From positions 13,097-77,096 of the forward strand of contig URVV01000003.1 of the NCBI GenBank assembly GCA_900551455.1: DNA of 64,000 bases. The letters are read 5' to 3'. This stretch comes from an uncultured Mycoplasmatota bacterium (GTDB lineage: Bacteria; Bacillota_I; Bacilli_A; RF39; UBA660). The notes beneath the pieces are model-generated. The model worked only from the letters and a program-made list of their open reading frames with translations. It did not search any database and was not told the origin of the DNA. Each line of letters begins with the position of its first letter. Positions within the stretch are counted from its first letter, which is position 1. The position numbers and the translations under genes are program-made. This document shows positions 54,783 through 64,000 of this stretch, in pieces.

Positions 54783-54962
54783 TTAATATCTATTTTGTAA
54801 TCCAGGCAATACATTTAGATCAGAAAAATACATAAGATTGCCATTATCTATTCCACCGCTTAAAATACCAAGACCAATAGTTCTACCATTAGAATCTGTT
54901 CTAGAGATCATTACAACTCCTCCACTATCGCCTTTTCCTTGGTAAACATTAGACTTTATCAT
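54783..54962 (-). pseudogene. Truncated paralogue of the S1 protease (C-terminal ~58 codons only)
   Basis: Own translation: MIKSNVYQGKGDSGGVVMISRTDSNGRTIGLGILSGGIDNGNLMYFSDLNVLPGLQNRY. This parallels EGDSGAPVFVPRTDSEGGSIPLGVLSGGNKG...MYFTSINDMKAEIQSGRY of 55264-56514. Confidence 0.7.
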
Positions 54963-55021
54963 TTTTTATGAATTGTAGCCTTTACAGTAATCATATATTC
55001 AAAATGCACTGAACATTGATT

Positions 55022-55255
55022 TTAGTATGTTGTATTTTCCCATAAAAATATTGTTCTACTACTTCCATCTATGTATTTGTAATAGCCAACTAAAATACCT
55101 TTGTCTATATAATCCACTTCTCCTTTACCTTTATAGTACTTTCTAACATGAATTATAGGACTACTATTAAATATCTTAGCTTGTATAGAGTCTATTAATA
55201 TTAAAGAAAACAAAATCACAATAATTATTACAATATATTTAATTGTTTTTCTCAT
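55022..55255 (-). CDS. Small membrane-anchored/secreted protein (hypothetical)
   Basis: 77 aa with an N-terminal TM/signal IKYIVIIIVILFSLILIDSIQA. It lies directly after the protease gene. Confidence 0.45.
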   Translation of the reverse strand: MRKTIKYIVIIIVILFSLILIDSIQAKIFNSSPIIHVRKYYKGKGEVDYIDKGILVGYYKYIDGSSRTIFLWENTTY

Positions 55256-55263
55256 TTTTATAT

Positions 55264-56514
55264 TTAATACCTTCCAGATTGAATTTCTGCTTTCATATCA
55301 TTTATACTTGTAAAGTACATTGTTCTTCCTATTCCTAATACCCCTTTATTTCCACCGCTTAATACGCCTAACGGAATAGAACCTCCTTCAGAATCTGTTC
55401 TAGGAACAAACACAGGAGCACCGCTATCTCCTTCGTCAGATTTAACATTAGTTTTCACTAATCCTTTTATAACTATATTTCCAGAATTTTCTTTATATGT
55501 AACAGTTTGGTTTATTCCTGTTACCTTACCAGAAGTATATTTTGTTTTTATTCCAGATTTTGCGACAGCCATATTTGAAACAATTGTAGGACAATAGTTA
55601 ACAACTGCTAATGTTTTAATATTTCCACTAGGAAATTCCAATTTATTTGAAGTTGTATATTGACTATTTGTTGCAACAAAGCCATAATCATAATATCCAT
55701 TATTCGTAAAATTTGAATATAAAACAGTACCTGACTGAACGGAAGAAGCGTTTCTAAGACAATGACCAGCCGTTACATATCCATATTGATTATTATACTT
55801 TGTTCTAAACCCCATAGAACATACTGCGACATGTGTAGAATCAATTTGTCTACCATATATTTCCCCACCAGAATTTATTATTTTAGCATAAGATTTTGGT
55901 TGTTCAGCTTCAACATATTCAATAGCCGACATATTCATTTTTTTTCTAGAAATAGATAGTTTACTTTTAAAATTTTCTTGTTTTTTAATGCTAGCATCTT
56001 TCATTTCTACAACAACTTTATTGTTCATTATGTCAACATAACCACCAATTATGTTATCATGAATTTTATCAGTTGTTATATATTCAGAAACTGAATTGTT
56101 AATTTCATTTAATTCATTAAAAGAATTATTAACATATTCAATTTTAATTGCATTATCCATACTTATAATTTTATTATAAGTATCAAATTCTTCAGAATCA
56201 ACTGATGGAATATTTTTTTCTACAATTTGAATTATTAATTTTGAAGCATCATCACTTATGTACATACCACCAAAGTAAGTTGGATATGTATCATTATATA
56301 CATCTTTTATATTGTAGTAATCATTTATTGTTGTTTGAACTTCAGTAGCTAATGCTACTCTAGCCCAATTTCTCTCTAGATAATCTTCATTATTAAGAGA
56401 TGAATCACTTGGTGTCAAACCTAATGCATTAACTGGTACAATAAAACCAGATAAAACAATAGCGACTAAACCCAAAAATATTAATATTTTATTTTTCATA
56501 TTTTTTCCTTTCAT
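55264..56514 (-). CDS. Secreted trypsin-fold serine protease (S1 family, streptogrisin/alpha-lytic-like) with an N-terminal pro-region
   Basis: It has a signal peptide, His box VTAGHC and Ser box EGDSGAPVF. Confidence 0.75.
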   Translation of the reverse strand: MKGKNMKNKILIFLGLVAIVLSGFIVPVNALGLTPSDSSLNNEDYLERNWARVALATEVQTTINDYYNIKDVYNDTYPTYFGGMYISDDASKLIIQIVEKNIPSVDSEEFDTYNKIISMDNAIKIEYVNNSFNELNEINNSVSEYITTDKIHDNIIGGYVDIMNNKVVVEMKDASIKKQENFKSKLSISRKKMNMSAIEYVEAEQPKSYAKIINSGGEIYGRQIDSTHVAVCSMGFRTKYNNQYGYVTAGHCLRNASSVQSGTVLYSNFTNNGYYDYGFVATNSQYTTSNKLEFPSGNIKTLAVVNYCPTIVSNMAVAKSGIKTKYTSGKVTGINQTVTYKENSGNIVIKGLVKTNVKSDEGDSGAPVFVPRTDSEGGSIPLGVLSGGNKGVLGIGRTMYFTSINDMKAEIQSGRY

Positions 56515-56659
56515 ATATATTTTTATATTTTTTACAACATACTACTATATTTTAATTTTTATGTATCATTTCTCCTCTCTTTTTATGTTTTAAACTACCA
56601 TGGATTGTTAAAACATTAATTCTATATAAAATTTATATAAAATTTTAAATTTTATATAA

Positions 56660-57388
56660 TTAGAAACTTATATCAACACCAGGCATAGCATCATATTTCT
56701 TTTTTACATTATCATTAAACTTAATGACTTTACCATATCCTAAATGTGAAATTGTATATTTTTTACTTTCTTCCAATGTAGCTGTCGTACTTGCATGTTG
56801 ATAACTTCCATAAATTTTACCACTTCCACTTACCATAAAAGTTAATGAAAGTTCTAAACTACTACCATTTTTAACTTTAAAAGAACTACCAAATCCATTA
56901 GAAAAACTTTGTTTATAACTATCATAAGAAGCAGTCAATTTACCATTTGATACATACATCTGCTTAAATGTAAATTCCCCATTTAAAGAAACATTATCTA
57001 ATCTTATAGCTATTACATCGTAACTTTTTATATTCGGTACATTTTTCCATGCTGCCATCAATGTAATATAATTACCATTTTTAACTATTCTAATAGTTTT
57101 AGCATTTGATGAAAAGTAAGAACCTCTTGTTATTGTCCCAGGATCGTAATATTCATTAATTTTAACTTCGTCTAAATCACTAGAAGTAATTATTTCGTAT
57201 TCTTTTTGGCTAATTGTTTCAATATAATTTTCAGAATATATTTCACATAGTTTTTTATAAATGCTATTTTCTATAAATATACCACTTTGTGTTTTATGTA
57301 AAGCTGAATTCTCCTGTGCATACACAAATGTCGTTGAAATAGCATTGATTAATAAAATTGCAAATAGTATAATTAATTTCTTTTTCAA
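56660..57388 (-). CDS. Secreted protein (hypothetical)
   Basis: Signal MKKKLIILFAILLINAISTTFVYA/QE. I recognised no motif. Confidence 0.5.
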   Translation of the reverse strand: MKKKLIILFAILLINAISTTFVYAQENSALHKTQSGIFIENSIYKKLCEIYSENYIETISQKEYEIITSSDLDEVKINEYYDPGTITRGSYFSSNAKTIRIVKNGNYITLMAAWKNVPNIKSYDVIAIRLDNVSLNGEFTFKQMYVSNGKLTASYDSYKQSFSNGFGSSFKVKNGSSLELSLTFMVSGSGKIYGSYQHASTTATLEESKKYTISHLGYGKVIKFNDNVKKKYDAMPGVDISF

Positions 57389-57457
57389 AATCTCACCTTT
57401 CCCTAAGTCGATTATAACATAGAATTTAAAAAAAGCACTCTACAAGTAGTAGAATGC

Positions 57458-58549
57458 TCATTTTAACCTATTTTTTATATAATTTATATACATTGCATAA
57501 TCTTCGATAGAACTACATTTTTTTGTTTCACAATCTTTTTCTTTCAATATATTTAATTCTTTAGTTTCAATCATACCATCTTTGTTAATTTTTTCACATA
57601 ATATTGAATCAGTAAAATAGTTATTATTTATCTTTACAAAATCATTAGCAATATTTACTTCTATAATTAAATTCATTGTATCAATATTAAATCTCATAAT
57701 GGCAGAACTATTTATCTTTTTTTCATAATATCCATCTATATTTTCAAATCCTAATAAAGATATTTTTTCATTTAAATCTATATTAGGTAATTCATTTTTA
57801 GGATCAACAGCATAATTAATTTTTCTTGGAAAAATGTTATCGTTTATATATTTTCTCTCAACACTTATTGGTATAACATCTATTCTATCAGTGTTCTCAT
57901 AACTTACTTCAAGATAAACTTTATTATTGATTAATTTATCTAAAAAATACTCGTCATAACTTCTACTTTCTTCAATATAATAATTTTCGTTTTTCCCACT
58001 AAAAACTTCATTTTTTTTGCCACTTTTATCTTCATAATATAAACTTAATAACTTAATATTATCGTTATTAACTATTTTATTAAAATTTAGTATATTTATT
58101 TTATTAGTTATAACTATAGTTGAATTTAATTCATCAAAATTATTATCTTCTATAATTAGAGAATAAACAGATATAGAATTTTTAATATAAATGAAATATA
58201 TTAATATTAGGCTAATAATTACAAATAACAAGAACGAGATTATAATAATTAAAATATTTTTTTTATATTTATTGTAATTATTTTTATATTGGTTAGCAAA
58301 ATTTTCTCGAATTTCTGTTTCATTTGCTTTACCTCTTAATTCTCCATACATTAATTCTTCTACACTAATTTCAAATATTTCTGCTAATTTATTTATAATA
58401 TTAGGATTATTTGGAAAAGAGATACCTCGTTCCCATTTTGAAATATTTTTATCAGTATATCCTATTAAATCTCCTAAATCTCTTTGAGTTAAATTTTTCC
58501 CTTTACGAAGTTCAGATAATAATTTTCCTCTTTTATCATCATTACTCAT
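57458..58549 (-). CDS. Membrane-anchored XRE-family HTH regulator with an extracytoplasmic domain
   Basis: N-terminal HTH_3 (LRKGKNLTQRDLGDLIGYTDKNISKWERG), one TM (ILIIIISFLLFVIISLILIYFIYI), then about 240 aa outside the membrane. Confidence 0.65.
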   Translation of the reverse strand: MSNDDKRGKLLSELRKGKNLTQRDLGDLIGYTDKNISKWERGISFPNNPNIINKLAEIFEISVEELMYGELRGKANETEIRENFANQYKNNYNKYKKNILIIIISFLLFVIISLILIYFIYIKNSISVYSLIIEDNNFDELNSTIVITNKINILNFNKIVNNDNIKLLSLYYEDKSGKKNEVFSGKNENYYIEESRSYDEYFLDKLINNKVYLEVSYENTDRIDVIPISVERKYINDNIFPRKINYAVDPKNELPNIDLNEKISLLGFENIDGYYEKKINSSAIMRFNIDTMNLIIEVNIANDFVKINNNYFTDSILCEKINKDGMIETKELNILKEKDCETKKCSSIEDYAMYINYIKNRLK

Positions 58550-58774
58550 TTTATAACCTCCTATAATCCATTAGAATATATTTATTGTCAAATAATATTT
58601 TGCCTGTTTTTTTATATCTTCAAATTTATATCATCAAAAATACTTAATTCATATTATGTATAATGTACTAATATTAATTTTTCCAAGCAAATTTTACTAA
58701 AAAATAAAATTTACTACTATACATCTATTATATCATACGAGCAATCTGAAATTATAAAATTTCGTATTGAAAAT

Positions 58775-58852
58775 AAAAAAAATTAAGGAGAGCAAACAAA
58801 CTCTCCTTTTAGTATGCCGGTGTTCCATAACCAAATATAACTTTACTATTTA
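58775..58852 (-). repeat. CHAP-hydrolase gene 3' end plus terminator (intact copy of the 54129-54206 repeat)
   Basis: See 54129-54206. The hairpin AAGGAGAG-caaacaaa-CTCTCCTT plus a T run follows the stop at 58809. Confidence 0.7.
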
Positions 58853-60344
58853 ATGAGTACACTTTTTGTCTACAAGTATCATCAGTAGAATTACCTTCTA
58901 TTGTATAAACTTTACCATTTTCTACTTTTTCAACTATTCCCACATGATTTACTTTTCCATCTACTTCCCAATCAAAAAATATTATATCCCCTTCTTTAGG
59001 GGTATATCCTTTTTCTTGCCATTCTCCCATCGCTTTAAACCAGTCAATTCCTGTTTGACAACCAGAAAATTTTGGAATAACACCTGCTTGTAGATATCCA
59101 CTTTGATTTGCAACCCAACTAACAAAAACAGCACACCATTCTACTCTTTCTTTAAAACCATACCATCTCCAATATGGTTCTCCTCCAACATTACCTACTT
59201 GTGATAATGCTATTTGTACCATATCAGGACTACCAACTGGTGTCCCATATATTACAGATGACCACATAATTGCATATTCATCACTTAAAGCATTTTTAAT
59301 TTGTTCTTTTTGCATAGGATTAAAAAAATACATATTCATCATTTCATCTACTGTCTTATGAGTTATTTTAATATATAATACTTTTTTAGTTATTTTATCT
59401 TGTGGATTATCAAAACTTATTTCATAACTCGTATTATTGTTTTCATCTTTAACTTCATAACTAATAGTATTCATATCCCAAAAAATTTTTTTTAATTCTT
59501 GCTTTTTCTTATCATCCATAGTAATAACATCTGCTGAATTATTACCTTTTGTTACTTTAGCAGTATAAATAGCAAGAACATCTTTCCATTCTGCACGATC
59601 TGATTCTATTTTATAATCATCGTGAGGATTATTATTTTGTATCTCAACTATCCTATCAGCCATTTCTTTATTTATTTCTTTTACTACACTACTCATAGGA
59701 ACTGTTCCTGTGCTTTCACTAGAAAAAAATATTCCTAACCAAGAAGTACAAATAAGACCAATTAAACAAATAATAACAACTATAATTATTGCAACCCAAC
59801 CACCAGCAAGTAGTAAAGAGATTAGTGCTTTTGTTCCAGCAATAATTCCTTTTACCATTGATACAGTTGCTTTAAATGCTGTTTTTATTCCTTTATAAGT
59901 TGTTTTTGCAGTTTTAACAGCTAACATTTTTGCTCTTTCAGTTGTTTTAACAGTTTGTTTAACAACTTTTGGAGTATCTTTAACAATCTTTTTACTTGTT
60001 TTAATCTTCTTCTTAACTTCTTTAATATTCTTTTTTTCAGTTAGTTTAGATTTTATGGTTTTAATCTTATTTTTTGTCTTAATAAAATTATCTTTTGTAT
60101 CTCTTACTGCCACATTACCTCTTGTTTTAATTTTACTAGAATTATATACTGCAAATTTTCCACCAGCACTTAATCTATTTACTGCATACTCATTTGCATT
60201 ATTTTCATTAGTATTACCATAGCTATTCTCTCCTCGTTCTTTAATACTAACTATGTTAGACTTTGCTTTATCTGTTGCTATTTTACCTTTATCAAGAGTT
60301 TTTATTGTTCCTTTTATTTTTTCTTTCTTTTTAATTTCTTTCAT
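58809..60344 (-). CDS. Conjugation-associated peptidoglycan hydrolase (Lys-rich N-terminus, TM, C-terminal CHAP/NlpC-P60 domain; Tn916 Orf14-like role)
   Basis: The C-terminus has a catalytic Cys context (EWCAVFVSW) and His (NHVGIVEKV...YTIEGN). A central TM is ALISLLLAGGWVAIIIVVIICLIGLI. Confidence 0.75.
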   Translation of the reverse strand: MKEIKKKEKIKGTIKTLDKGKIATDKAKSNIVSIKERGENSYGNTNENNANEYAVNRLSAGGKFAVYNSSKIKTRGNVAVRDTKDNFIKTKNKIKTIKSKLTEKKNIKEVKKKIKTSKKIVKDTPKVVKQTVKTTERAKMLAVKTAKTTYKGIKTAFKATVSMVKGIIAGTKALISLLLAGGWVAIIIVVIICLIGLICTSWLGIFFSSESTGTVPMSSVVKEINKEMADRIVEIQNNNPHDDYKIESDRAEWKDVLAIYTAKVTKGNNSADVITMDDKKKQELKKIFWDMNTISYEVKDENNNTSYEISFDNPQDKITKKVLYIKITHKTVDEMMNMYFFNPMQKEQIKNALSDEYAIMWSSVIYGTPVGSPDMVQIALSQVGNVGGEPYWRWYGFKERVEWCAVFVSWVANQSGYLQAGVIPKFSGCQTGIDWFKAMGEWQEKGYTPKEGDIIFFDWEVDGKVNHVGIVEKVENGKVYTIEGNSTDDTCRQKVYSLNSKVIFGYGTPAY

Positions 60345-60345
60345 A

Positions 60346-62661
60346 CTAATCGCCCGGTTTAGTAGTCATTAGTTTATATAACTTTGTATTCTTTGGGAAT
60401 TTATTAACAAAAGGAACAAGACTACTACCATATCTAATAAGACCACAGCCAATATCTGAATTAGTTATATAAGACATTTGTAATTTAGAAATATTAAGTA
60501 ATTCCCCTAACTCTTTTCTATCTGCTGATGCTTGGTTTAACATTACTATAAACTCACTATTAGATAACATTGTAGTAGCATCTACTGATGCTAGTAAATA
60601 TTGAACATTTTGTGTTATTGCTGTTGGATAAGCATTTCTTTTTCTAAATTGCCTCCATGCACTATTAAAGAATGTTGCTGAATATTCATTTTCAAATAAT
60701 ACATGAATCTCATCTATAAATATATGAGTTCTTTTACCTTTCTTAAAGTTATCTGATACCCTATTTATCATTGCATCTGTTATAACTAAAAGCCCCATAG
60801 TTTTTAATTGTTTACCAAGTTTATAAATATCATAACTTACTATTCTACTACTAATATTTACATTAGTTTCATGAGCAAATACATCTAAACTACCATTAGT
60901 AAACATTTCAAGAGTTAAAGCAAGTGATCCTGCTTCCTTTTCTGGTTGTTCTAATAGTTTTTCTCTTAAAGTCATAAGAGTCGGAATAGCACCGGTTTTA
61001 TGATATTCATCATATGTTAATTGAGTACATCTATCTATTATAGATTTTTCTTTCGGACCTAATCCTGTTTTGTCTAACTGTTCAAATAGTGAAAGTACAA
61101 ACTCTGATTTATCAATAACAGGATTAAGTCCATCTCCATATCCTTCAACCATATCCATAGGATTTATATGGTCTTTGCTACTTGCTGATACTTCTATTAC
61201 TTCCCCACCAAGTGCTTTGACAAGTGCTGAATACTCTCCTTCTGGATCACAAATCATAATATCATCATCTGTTGATAAAGCTAAAAACACTATTAGTTCT
61301 TTTGCACTAAAACTTTTACCACTTCCAGGTACTCCAAGCAAAAATGATGATTGATTTTGTAGATTTTCTTTATTTACCATTATTAAATTATGACTAATAG
61401 CATTTTCACCATAATATATTCCCCCTTTATCCATAATCTCTTGCACTCTAAAAGGCATTAAAGCAGATAAACTTTCAGTTGTAAAAGTTCTTAATATTTT
61501 TACATTTCTAACTCCAATAGGAAGTGCTGTATTTAATCCATCCATTTGTTGATAAGTTAAAGGTGCTATCTGACATAAATGCTTTCTTCCTGTAATAAGT
61601 ATTGTTTCTGTATCTGCATCCAATTTTTCTTTAGTATCTGCTGTTATAACCAAAGTTAAATTAGCAAACATCATTCTTTGATCTCTCGTTGTTAAGTCAT
61701 CCAAAAATTCTTTACTTTCTTTTCGTTGTTGTTCTAAATCATATGGTATTACTGCACTAAAGTTATTATTAGCATTTTGTTTTCTTTGCCAATTAGTTAT
61801 ATTAGTTTCAACCCCAAGTAATCTATTTTCAACTTCTTTAACTGCCTCATCCGTAGGAATTGGTATAATATCAATACTCATCATCATATTAGAGTTCATA
61901 TCTGTAAGTTCTGCTATCATAGAATCTTTTATATAACTTGCATACTCTTTTAAAAATAAAACCCTACCATATTTTTTTCCCATTTCAAAATAATCTTTTT
62001 TAAACGCAAAACCATCTGGACATATATAATCTTTAAAATTATGTCCTTTTTTCATAAAATCTTTTATATCTAAATTATAATTTACTTCTTCTCCAATCCT
62101 ATAAAAGTCATGTAATATTCTTAACTTTTCTCTAGCATCAAGTTCTATACATTTACTTCCTAGTTTTGCTAAATGAGATACAATATCTGTTGATACTCTC
62201 CTAAAATAATTTCTAGCATCTTCTATACTTCTTTTAAACACGGATATAGTTAAATATATCTCTCTTACCATTCCATTACTATTTACTGCTTTATCAAGTA
62301 ACATTTGATTATACTCTTGTCTATAAATATCTAATCCATCTTCTTTAAATGGTAATAATATTTCTTTTTCAAAATCTTTTTTATTTATTCTTCTTAAAGC
62401 AATAGTTATTTTAGTTGTTGCTCCACTATCAAAGGAATTAAGCAACTCCCCATATTCTAAAAACATTGCCTCTTTATCTTCTTTTGATGCCACTGCATAA
62501 TTTATATCACTAAACTTAAATGTTTGTGAGTATTTGTTCTTACCAACTAAAAATATTCCATCAGTCCATATTCTTTGAATTGGTATTACTTGTTGAATGG
62601 ACTTTGGAATATTAAAGTTATCTTTTTCTTGTTTCTTTAAATTGTTGATTGATTTTATCAT
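60346..62661 (-). CDS. VirB4-like conjugal transfer ATPase (Tn916 Orf16 / CD1110-type)
   Basis: Walker A GVPGSGKSF and Walker B HIFIDEIHVLF. The N-terminal QQVIPIQRIWTDGIF...YSQTFKFSDINY is typical of the Firmicutes VirB4 family. Confidence 0.85.
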   Translation of the reverse strand: MIKSINNLKKQEKDNFNIPKSIQQVIPIQRIWTDGIFLVGKNKYSQTFKFSDINYAVASKEDKEAMFLEYGELLNSFDSGATTKITIALRRINKKDFEKEILLPFKEDGLDIYRQEYNQMLLDKAVNSNGMVREIYLTISVFKRSIEDARNYFRRVSTDIVSHLAKLGSKCIELDAREKLRILHDFYRIGEEVNYNLDIKDFMKKGHNFKDYICPDGFAFKKDYFEMGKKYGRVLFLKEYASYIKDSMIAELTDMNSNMMMSIDIIPIPTDEAVKEVENRLLGVETNITNWQRKQNANNNFSAVIPYDLEQQRKESKEFLDDLTTRDQRMMFANLTLVITADTKEKLDADTETILITGRKHLCQIAPLTYQQMDGLNTALPIGVRNVKILRTFTTESLSALMPFRVQEIMDKGGIYYGENAISHNLIMVNKENLQNQSSFLLGVPGSGKSFSAKELIVFLALSTDDDIMICDPEGEYSALVKALGGEVIEVSASSKDHINPMDMVEGYGDGLNPVIDKSEFVLSLFEQLDKTGLGPKEKSIIDRCTQLTYDEYHKTGAIPTLMTLREKLLEQPEKEAGSLALTLEMFTNGSLDVFAHETNVNISSRIVSYDIYKLGKQLKTMGLLVITDAMINRVSDNFKKGKRTHIFIDEIHVLFENEYSATFFNSAWRQFRKRNAYPTAITQNVQYLLASVDATTMLSNSEFIVMLNQASADRKELGELLNISKLQMSYITNSDIGCGLIRYGSSLVPFVNKFPKNTKLYKLMTTKPGD

Positions 62662-63019
62662 TTCTATTAAACTCCTCCCTTGCTTTATTTTCTATAATAT
62701 TTTTAGTCATCTCATAATACATATCTTCAGATACAAACTTTAATTTTTTAGGTATAAGTATTTCTGATTTTATCCAAGTGATAATAAAATCTTCTAAATT
62801 CATACCATTGTATTTAAAAAAGCCAATACCAACAAATGGTATGACTCCTATAATACATATCCAAGAAGTAATCTCTTTATTAAAAATAGGACTAAATATA
62901 AAATAAAGTCCTACTGCCACCAAACAACCACATATAGCACATATAAATTGTCTTATTGATAATCCAAAAAATAAATGTTCCGTGTAATTTCTTATTTCTC
63001 TATTTATCTTTACTTCCAA
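62618..63019 (-). CDS. PrgI/TcpE-family conjugation membrane protein (Tn916 Orf17-like)
   Basis: REIRNYTEHLFFGLSIRQFICAICG is followed by two TM segments, the PrgI-family pattern. Confidence 0.65.
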   Translation of the reverse strand: MEVKINREIRNYTEHLFFGLSIRQFICAICGCLVAVGLYFIFSPIFNKEITSWICIIGVIPFVGIGFFKYNGMNLEDFIITWIKSEILIPKKLKFVSEDMYYEMTKNIIENKAREEFNRNDKINQQFKETRKR

Positions 63020-63021
63020 TT

Positions 63022-63288
63022 CTATCTTCCCCTTTCATCTTTATTTTTTTTAAAATTATGATTTAATTCTTTATTAGTAATAATTTCAAAACTATCAACA
63101 CCATAAATTAAAGATAATGAACTTCCATTATCCCATTTCATTCCAATTTGTCCCTCATCATCTACATATTCAACAGTTCCACATGTCCCTCTTGGAACTG
63201 AATAATTATCATCCATATAATTTAATTTAATTCTTGTCCCTACAGGATATTTATTTTTAATCATTTCAATCTTTCCTCTGTTTTCCAT
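63022..63288 (-). CDS. DUF4314-domain protein (common in Firmicutes ICEs)
   Basis: YPVGTRIKLNYMDD.YSVPRGTCGTVEYVDDEGQIGMKWDNGSSLSL matches the DUF4314 pattern as I recall it. Confidence 0.55.
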   Translation of the reverse strand: MENRGKIEMIKNKYPVGTRIKLNYMDDNYSVPRGTCGTVEYVDDEGQIGMKWDNGSSLSLIYGVDSFEIITNKELNHNFKKNKDERGR

Positions 63289-63290
63289 AT

Positions 63291-63740
63291 TTACCTACCT
63301 CTTTCTATATTTTTATTTAGTCTTGTGTGATTATCATAAAAGGAAGATACATAGTTTTTTATATCTTCCTTAATATTCTTATATTCAATTTGAATATTAT
63401 TTTTTTCTTCTTCTGTTTTAGTATTAAGTGATTTTGTAAATATCTCATCTTCTTTATTTCTTAATTTTATAAACTCTTTATTTTTCCATAATAAATTAGC
63501 AAGATAATTTAATCTTCTTAAGGTATTATTACACCCACTTAATATTTCTACATTACCTTCCAATATTAGATTAGTAAGAAAATACTTTTCAAAATCTTCT
63601 TTTCCCTTTTCTTGATATAATCTAGTAAGACCTTTATTTTCTTCTCTATCATAATTTTTAGGATTAACATTATTACTACATTGTCTTGTATAAACCTTAC
63701 CATCTTTATAAACTATACTCTTAAATAATTCTCTACTCAT
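63291..63740 (-). CDS. Hypothetical ICE protein
   Basis: A 149-aa ORF tightly packed in the conjugation operon. Confidence 0.45.
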   Translation of the reverse strand: MSRELFKSIVYKDGKVYTRQCSNNVNPKNYDREENKGLTRLYQEKGKEDFEKYFLTNLILEGNVEILSGCNNTLRRLNYLANLLWKNKEFIKLRNKEDEIFTKSLNTKTEEEKNNIQIEYKNIKEDIKNYVSSFYDNHTRLNKNIERGR

Positions 63741-63743
63741 ATA

Positions 63744-64000
63744 CTACCTCTCATAGTCCTTATAATCTTTAACATTATAAGTATCAGTTATATAATCTTT
63801 TATATTTTTTCTTATATTATCATTTGATAATGATACTTGTTCTAAATAATCTCCGTTTCTATAATCTTTATTGTTTTTATAAATCATAACTATACTTTCT
63901 TTAGGATTATCATAGTTATAATCATCTACTGTGCAAATATAGTTGCCAACAATATATATGTCTTTTGTTTTACCTATAAATTCTTCATATTCTTTTTTTA
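63744..64000 (-). CDS. Hypothetical ICE protein, C-terminal part (ORF enters from the right edge)
   Basis: Own translation ends ...IKDYITDTYNVKDYKDYER-stop (TAG at 63744-63746). The frame is open to the window edge. Confidence 0.4.
   Translation of the reverse strand, partial: KKEYEEFIGKTKDIYIVGNYICTVDDYNYDNPKESIVMIYKNNKDYRNGDYLEQVSLSNDNIRKNIKDYITDTYNVKDYKDYER

Larger units (their letters stand above)
49165..64000. mobile_element. Integrative conjugative element (Tn916/Tn1549-like, MPF-FA type), left ~15 kb; continues beyond the window
   Basis: It reads outward-in as int-xis at the end, small ORFs, a sigma-like regulator, an XRE regulator, cargo, a CHAP hydrolase, a VirB4-like ATPase, a PrgI/TcpE-like protein and a DUF4314 protein. 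All are on one strand. Confidence 0.75.

Overview
Very AT-rich chromosomal segment from a spore-forming, low-GC Bacillota genome. Line spot-counts give roughly 30-35% GC in core genes and about 17-25% in the islands; nothing was computed. Almost all genes are on the minus strand and the genetic code is standard (TGA is a real stop at 23580 and 24257). No rRNA, tRNA or CRISPR array was seen.

CORE CHROMOSOME (1-30.3 kb): a partial GH31 glycosidase; a sipW operon with two very large TasA-signal/TasA-fold proteins; an ArsP_2-like permease; an alpha/beta SASP; thiI; mreC-mreD; efp; rpmG (L33, absent from the ORF track); a class B PBP; nfo; an orphan prepilin-type protein; rsmD; pgeF; ylbF/E/D-like genes; tspO; a ytr-like double ABC-transporter operon with an internal GntR repressor plus an obvious promoter and palindromic operator; glmS with a compact glmS ribozyme; and a Ham1/RdgB-like gene broken by a 1-nt homopolymer frameshift.

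ACQUIRED MOSAIC (30.6-64 kb): horizontally acquired DNA stacked at one site, marked by three copies of the last ~15 codons of a SEC-C-motif ORF (30611, 38004, 49165).
- (A) An integrase-less ~7.4 kb island carrying a WYL regulator plus five tightly packed enzymes: an NT5C-like nucleotidase, a HAD-PRTase fusion, a CAT-family acetyltransferase, an esterase and a PfkB-SIS fusion. It is bounded by a ~30-bp direct repeat. I consider it the best candidate for an undescribed system.
- (B) A ~9 kb decayed integrative, PICI-like element with a Type III R-M system, a replication module, a CI-like repressor flanked by a 25-bp inverted repeat, and a twice-broken integrase.
- (C) A 1.8 kb two-gene module.
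- (D) The int-xis end and part of the conjugation module of a Tn916/Tn1549-like ICE. It carries a 4.6 kb cargo insert (protease, protease remnant, lipoprotein, membrane HTH regulator) bracketed by duplicated copies of the CHAP-hydrolase gene 3' end.

Small-motif coordinates were hand-counted and may be off by 1-2 nt. All homology statements come from motif recognition by eye, not from searches.
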